Shown here: positions 7,574 to 11,637 of the stretch, in pieces
How the letters are laid out: the number at the start of each line of letters is the position of its first letter
How positions within the stretch are numbered: position 1 is the first letter of the stretch
Assembly: GCA_040005235.1 (NCBI GenBank)
Contig: JBDTZG010000110.1
Location: 1-11,637, forward strand
DNA: 11,637 bases
Source of the DNA: Acidobacteriota bacterium
Lineage (GTDB): Bacteria > Acidobacteriota > Thermoanaerobaculia > Multivoradales > UBA5704
Reading direction: 5' to 3'
Notes under the pieces: model-generated
What the model saw: only the letters and a program-made list of their open reading frames with translations
Told to the model about the DNA's origin: nothing
Databases searched by the model: none
Made by a program: the position numbers and the translations under genes

Positions 7574-8511
7574 AGCTTTCCTTCCTGCGCAATAGGTGAC
7601 AGCTCCCAAGGACCTCCAGGCAACCAAGTACGCTCGAACGATGTGCCCAGCACGATGCTTTCTCTCACGGGGCCAAGGAACTGCGCGATTCGCTCGCCGA
7701 TGACCTCGAACTGCGCGGGCGGCGAAACCAACACAGTGCCCGCTTTGAGGTAGTTCCGCCAGCGAGTTTCCAGCTCCGGCCCTTGATAGAAGGCCGTAGT
7801 GAGGACGGGCGGCGTTCCAACCGTCCATGGAGTTTCCCGGCGCCCGAAGCAGGCGGAGACGGCCTGCCGTAGCAACGGGCCATCGAACGCGAACGCACCG
7901 GCGAGCGCCCAGATATCGTGAAAATCTTTCATTCGGCTATTGTTCGTGCCGAGCTTGACCATGGCTTCGAACTTCTCGGCAACCGCCGCCTCGCGCGGAT
8001 AGGCGCGGAGCCGGGGCGGGGGTAAACCTTCCAGCAAGGTCGGATAGACGATCTCCTCCGGCCCGGTCACCAACGCATCTCCGAAGCCAACGTCGAGCTT
8101 TACCGAGATACGTGCGCTGCCCAGACTCGCGCGGAAGCGGGCACTCTTTCCCTTGTATTCTTCATTGGGACGGATCGTTTCAACCACCAGATTGGAAAGG
8201 TCGAACCGGATTCCGTCCTCGGGGCAAGGTACGGCACAAATCTCGGTCACCAGCGATCGGATGGCTTCCTCGTCCGCCGGTCCCGAAGCCAAGACGTCCA
8301 TATCCCGCGTCGCCCGATAGGGATCGGAAAGCCAGACCGAGAGCAGGCTCGCCCCTTTGAGGATGCAGCGGTTTCGAGCCTTCGATTCGCCGAGGCGGTA
8401 GAGGAGGCGCTCGGCTGCGAAACGCGTCAGGGTCAGCTCAAACTCCTCCCCCTTCGCTTTCGCCTGATTCAGGAGGCGAGCCCGAATCGAAGCTGCGACA
8501 TCGGGGCTCAT
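7570..8511 (-). CDS. abiEii: AbiEii/AbiGii-family nucleotidyltransferase toxin (type IV TA), 313 aa
   Basis: MSPDVAASIRARLLN start, ERLLYRL, ILKGASLL, RATRDMD (DxD), AEKFEAM, NSRMKDFHDI motifs; ATG 8509-8511 with GAGGT SD and ATGA overlap with the antitoxin stop. Confidence 0.92.
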   Translation of the reverse strand: MSPDVAASIRARLLNQAKAKGEEFELTLTRFAAERLLYRLGESKARNRCILKGASLLSVWLSDPYRATRDMDVLASGPADEEAIRSLVTEICAVPCPEDGIRFDLSNLVVETIRPNEEYKGKSARFRASLGSARISVKLDVGFGDALVTGPEEIVYPTLLEGLPPPRLRAYPREAAVAEKFEAMVKLGTNNSRMKDFHDIWALAGAFAFDGPLLRQAVSACFGRRETPWTVGTPPVLTTAFYQGPELETRWRNYLKAGTVLVSPPAQFEVIGERIAQFLGPVRESIVLGTSFERTWLPGGPWELSPIAQEGKL

Positions 8512-9146
8512 ATCGACCTCATGTCGAGAGCGACGCTGAGGCGGCGCGACGGAAGAACCTCCAGCACGCGCGAGAGCTCCGCGATCGTGGTCTTCCGCTG
8601 GCGTAGGGCATCCTGCAGCGCCTCGATCGCCACATCGGCCCCAACGAGGCGCTCGAACCGAAAGCAATCCACTACGGTTCGCGCAGGCGAGGTGATCCGG
8701 CCCGGAACCCCCTCGAACTCCATCTTCTGGACGCCAAAGATCCATGCAGGCCCACTGAAGCGGACGACGCGTAGCTTGATCTCGGGGAGCCGAGGTTCAT
8801 GCGCCTTGTGCGGAATAGCGAGCCAGACCGCCGCCGGGGATTGGGTGCCGATCTCGTGAAAACGCAGTGCCGTGAGCAGGCAGAAGATGCTATTAGGCAC
8901 TCGCGCGCTGACCATGCCCAGGGAGTAGTTCTCGGTCGGCTCGGCGTCCGCAAACCGATAGAGGCCGCGACCGATCCGCTCGACACTCCCCGATCGCACG
9001 AGAGCCGGGAGCTGGTCGCGGGTCAGACCCGCTTCTTCAAGCTGAGTCGGACGGAAGAAAGCACCGATCCCGGCGGCATGAAGACGCCCCAGGGGATCCA
9101 GGGTAGGTTCAAGATGACCCGTTTTGTCGGCATGGTAGTCGTTCAT
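8508..9146 (-). CDS. abiEi: AbiEi-family antitoxin / transcriptional regulator (type IV TA), 212 aa (alternative TTG start at 9164)
   Basis: N-terminal wHTH-like segment ending ERIGRGLY, CLLTALRFHEIGTQSP, ITSPARTVVDCFR, DVAIEAL; directly upstream of and coupled to the AbiEii gene. Confidence 0.9.
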   Translation of the reverse strand: MNDYHADKTGHLEPTLDPLGRLHAAGIGAFFRPTQLEEAGLTRDQLPALVRSGSVERIGRGLYRFADAEPTENYSLGMVSARVPNSIFCLLTALRFHEIGTQSPAAVWLAIPHKAHEPRLPEIKLRVVRFSGPAWIFGVQKMEFEGVPGRITSPARTVVDCFRFERLVGADVAIEALQDALRQRKTTIAELSRVLEVLPSRRLSVALDMRSI

Positions 9147-9289
9147 GCCGACAATATGCGTCAATTGAACCGCAGAGTCAACTCAAAACGTCGGCATGGA
9201 CTTCGCTCATGCCGAGACTTTGCGTCATCCGGCCATCACCAGGGTAGTAAATGTCGGCAGATACGCACAAGTGCCGACATTTTGCGTCA
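9125..9289. repeat. Three 38-39-bp palindromic direct repeats, candidate AbiEi operators
   Basis: Units 9125-9163, 9189-9227, 9252-9289, consensus GTCGGCA-N12/13-TGCCGA(C/G)-N4-TGCGTCA; perfect IR arms TTGTCGGCATG/CATGCCGACAA, TCGGCATG/CATGCCGA, AAATGTCGGCA/TGCCGACATTT; units 1 and 2 are 31/39 identical. Confidence 0.88.
9153..9181 (-). promoter_or_regulatory. Sigma70-type promoter for abiEi-abiEii-hsdS-hsdR, probably leaderless
   Basis: Minus strand TTGACT (9181-9176) - 17 nt - CATATT (9158-9153) - 6 nt - ATG (9146); no SD between -10 and ATG. Confidence 0.65.
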
Positions 9290-11446
9290 TCCCGCCGCCA
9301 CTCCCCCCGTCACCTCGGCCAGCATCCGCAGGATGTCGCTCTCGATCCCGCGGATGTCCGCTTCGATCTCCTCCAACGGGCGGGGCGGCGTGTAACGGTA
9401 GAAATAGCGGTTGAAGTTGATCTCGTAGCCCACCAGGCCGACGTGGCCGTCTTTCGGGTCGCGCCTACTCGTGTCGATCCAGGCGTCCGGCACATGCGGC
9501 TTCACCTCGCGATCAAAGAACGCGCGCACACTGGCCGGCCGCCCCTCGGCATCCACCGGATCGGCGCCCACGGGAAGGGGCACGCTTTCCGTGTCGCGCA
9601 GCTCCGGATCGGGCTCGGGGTTGCCGTCCTTGTCGAGACAGATCTCGGCGTTCTCATCCCTCTCGGAGAGCGCCGAGAGGATCGCCTTTCGCACCGGGGC
9701 CGGGAGCTTCAAGCCTGCCTTCTTCGTGGCGGCGTCCAGCTTCTGTTCGAACTCGTCGCGGTCCTGGATCAAGGTCTTCGGCAGGCCGCGCAGCAGCTTG
9801 CGGACCGCCTCTTGCAGCGCACGGCCTTCCGCGATCTCTTGGGCGGCGGCGGCACCCTTCCTCTTCGATTGGGCGAGCGCCTGGAAGCCCTTTTCGTCAT
9901 CGAGCCTTGAAACCCGCTCCGGGCTGGCTTGGAAGTTGAGGCGCAGCGGGCGCTCGACCGTGATCTTGCGGAAGCCGAAATGCGTCGTCGGGAAGATCCG
10001 GCTGACCACCGCTTCCTCGTCCCTCTTGTCTTTCGTGACCTTGCCCGTCTCGCCGTCCTTGAACCGGGAGAGGATCTTTACGATGTCCAGCGCGCGCGGG
10101 AGCGGGATCTCGCGCCGCTTGTCGCCGAGGCTCTTCTTCATCGGCTGCCAGAAGGAGGTCGCGTCGATGAGCTGCACCTTGCCCCGGCGGGCCGGGGTCT
10201 TGCGGTTCGTCACCACCCACACGTAAGTGGCGATGCCGGTGTTGTAGAAGAGCTGCTCCGGCAGGGCGATCAACGCCTCCAGCAGATCTTGCTCCAGGAT
10301 GAACCGGCGGATCTCACTCTCGCCGCTTCCGGCGTCTCCGGTGAAGAGCGGCGAGCCGTTCATGATGATGGCGATCCGCGAGCCTCCCTCCTTGATTTCC
10401 TTGGCGTGCGCCAGCATGTGGAGCAGAAACAGGAGCTGACCGTCGCTGATTCGGGGTAGCCCCGGGCCGAAGCGGCCCGACGTGCCGCGATCGTGCTCGG
10501 CGCGCACGACGTCTTCGTCGCGCTTCCAGTCCTTGCCATAGGGAGGGTTCGCGATCAGGTAGTCGAACTTCATGCCGGCGTGGCGATCGTTCGAGAGCGT
10601 ACTGCCGAACGTGATGTGGTCCGCGTCGCGGCCGGTCGGATCTTTCATGTAGAGGTCCGACTTCGAGACCGCCCAGGTCTCCGGGTTCACCTCTTGCCCG
10701 AAGAGGTGGATCTCCGCACCCTCGTGGATCGCCGGGCGCAGCAGGTCGCCGTTCTTCCGCAGCCCCACCGTGATGTGCTCCTTGGTGATCATCAGCATGC
10801 CGCCCGAGCCGCAGCACGGGTCGTAGACGCTGCAGACCACACCCGGCTTGCGAATGCGCGCCTCGTCCCCCGCGAGCATCAGATCCACCATCAGATGAAC
10901 AACGTCGCGCGGGGTGAAGTGCTCGCCGGGGTTTTCGTTCAATGCCTCGTTGAACTTGCGGATCAGCTCCTCGAAGATCGTCCCCATCGTGGGGTTGTCG
11001 ACCCGGTTCGTGTGCAGGTCCACGTTCTTGAACCGCTCCAGTACCTGGAACAGCAGACCCGACTCGTCGAGCTTGCTGATCGTGTTGTCGAAGTCGAACT
11101 TCTCCAGCACCTCGCGCATGTTCGGGCTGAAACCCGCGATGTAGTTCCGCAGATTGGCGGCGAGGTGCGGTGCGTCCGCCAGAAGCTTCTCGAAGTCGTA
11201 GCGGGAGGTGTTGTAGAAGGCGAAGCCGGAAGCTTTCCGGAGCTGCGCGCCGAGATCTTCAAGCCCCTTCCCCTTCAACTCCCCCTGGCGCTTGAGGACC
11301 TTTTCTTTGTTTCCGGCCAGCACGCAGTCGAGGCGACGAAGGACGGTGAGCGGCAGGATCACGTCCTGATACTTGCCTCGTTTGAAGGTGTCGCGTATGA
11401 GATCCGCAACGCCCCAGAGAAAACTGACGATCTCGCTATGGTTCAC
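9287..11446 (-). CDS. hsdM: Type I R-M N6-adenine DNA methyltransferase subunit M, 719 aa
   Basis: N-terminal FLWGVADLIRD...VILPLTVLRRLD, GEHFTPRDVV, motif I YDPCCGSGGML, motif IV ANPPYG, C-terminal GYEINFNRYFY; GTG start with GAGGG SD upstream. Confidence 0.96.
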   Translation of the reverse strand: MNHSEIVSFLWGVADLIRDTFKRGKYQDVILPLTVLRRLDCVLAGNKEKVLKRQGELKGKGLEDLGAQLRKASGFAFYNTSRYDFEKLLADAPHLAANLRNYIAGFSPNMREVLEKFDFDNTISKLDESGLLFQVLERFKNVDLHTNRVDNPTMGTIFEELIRKFNEALNENPGEHFTPRDVVHLMVDLMLAGDEARIRKPGVVCSVYDPCCGSGGMLMITKEHITVGLRKNGDLLRPAIHEGAEIHLFGQEVNPETWAVSKSDLYMKDPTGRDADHITFGSTLSNDRHAGMKFDYLIANPPYGKDWKRDEDVVRAEHDRGTSGRFGPGLPRISDGQLLFLLHMLAHAKEIKEGGSRIAIIMNGSPLFTGDAGSGESEIRRFILEQDLLEALIALPEQLFYNTGIATYVWVVTNRKTPARRGKVQLIDATSFWQPMKKSLGDKRREIPLPRALDIVKILSRFKDGETGKVTKDKRDEEAVVSRIFPTTHFGFRKITVERPLRLNFQASPERVSRLDDEKGFQALAQSKRKGAAAAQEIAEGRALQEAVRKLLRGLPKTLIQDRDEFEQKLDAATKKAGLKLPAPVRKAILSALSERDENAEICLDKDGNPEPDPELRDTESVPLPVGADPVDAEGRPASVRAFFDREVKPHVPDAWIDTSRRDPKDGHVGLVGYEINFNRYFYRYTPPRPLEEIEADIRGIESDILRMLAEVTGGVAAG

Positions 11447-11497
11447 CCGGTCGGCCCTCGGGGAGATCGTATACCGGCAATTGGCCGCGCAACGCCC

Positions 11498-11637
11498 TCA
11501 CTCCCAGCGAAACACCCGCGTCGAAACCGCCACGCACACCGCAGCGATCACGATCAGCGCCGCCACGTCACCCAGGTGCGCCCCCCAGCCGGAGCCGTCC
11601 CAGACGCCTTTCATCAGCGATACGGCGTGGGTCGTCG
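11498..11637 (-). CDS. ABC-2-type transporter permease, C-terminal fragment (5' part outside window)
   Basis: Own translation: TTHAVSLMKGVWDGSGWGAHLGDVAALIVIAAVCVAVSTRVFRWE*; final TM helix and FRWE terminus are typical of ABC-2 permeases. Not in the ORF track because it lacks a start in the window. Confidence 0.7.
   Translation of the reverse strand, partial: TTHAVSLMKGVWDGSGWGAHLGDVAALIVIAAVCVAVSTRVFRWE

Noticed and set aside
7574-8745. Extended starts for hsdS (7828) and abiEii (8745)
   Set aside because: They overlap upstream genes by more than 200 bp; family similarity starts at the ATGA-coupled ATGs at 7573 and 8511.
9125-9289. Repeat trio as a CRISPR array
   Set aside because: Units vary in their centres, linkers are only 24-25 bp, units overlap coding sequence and promoter, and there are no cas genes in the window.
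9287-9960. Long HsdM C-terminal region as a novel fused domain
   Set aside because: ERPLRL...EPDPELRDTE...GYEINFNRYFY is the usual tail of this long HsdM subfamily to my knowledge.
11466-11492. hsdM promoter TTGCGC-N15-TACGAT on the minus strand
   Set aside because: 15-bp spacer is atypical and the -35 is weak; not enough support to call.

Overview
High-GC bacterial window in which every supported gene lies on the minus strand. Reading in transcription direction (right to left): the 3' end of an ABC-2-type permease; a type I restriction-modification locus hsdM-[abiEi-abiEii]-hsdS-hsdR; and a three-gene membrane operon (DUF2238 protein, CxxC-containing membrane protein, zinc-ribbon site-2 protease) followed by a 21-bp-periodic repeat tract. 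The most notable features are: (1) HsdR carries a C-terminal ~160-aa Schlafen/AlbA_2-like domain with intact-looking acidic catalytic residues; (2) a type IV AbiE toxin-antitoxin pair is nested between hsdM and hsdS and linked by ATGA overlaps to hsdS and hsdR; (3) the hsdM-abiEi gap holds three ~39-bp palindromic direct repeats at ~63-bp period that overlap a likely leaderless sigma70 promoter and encode a chain of ATGA-coupled mini-ORFs resembling the abiEi 5' end. Family assignments come from motif recognition by eye; no database search was run.
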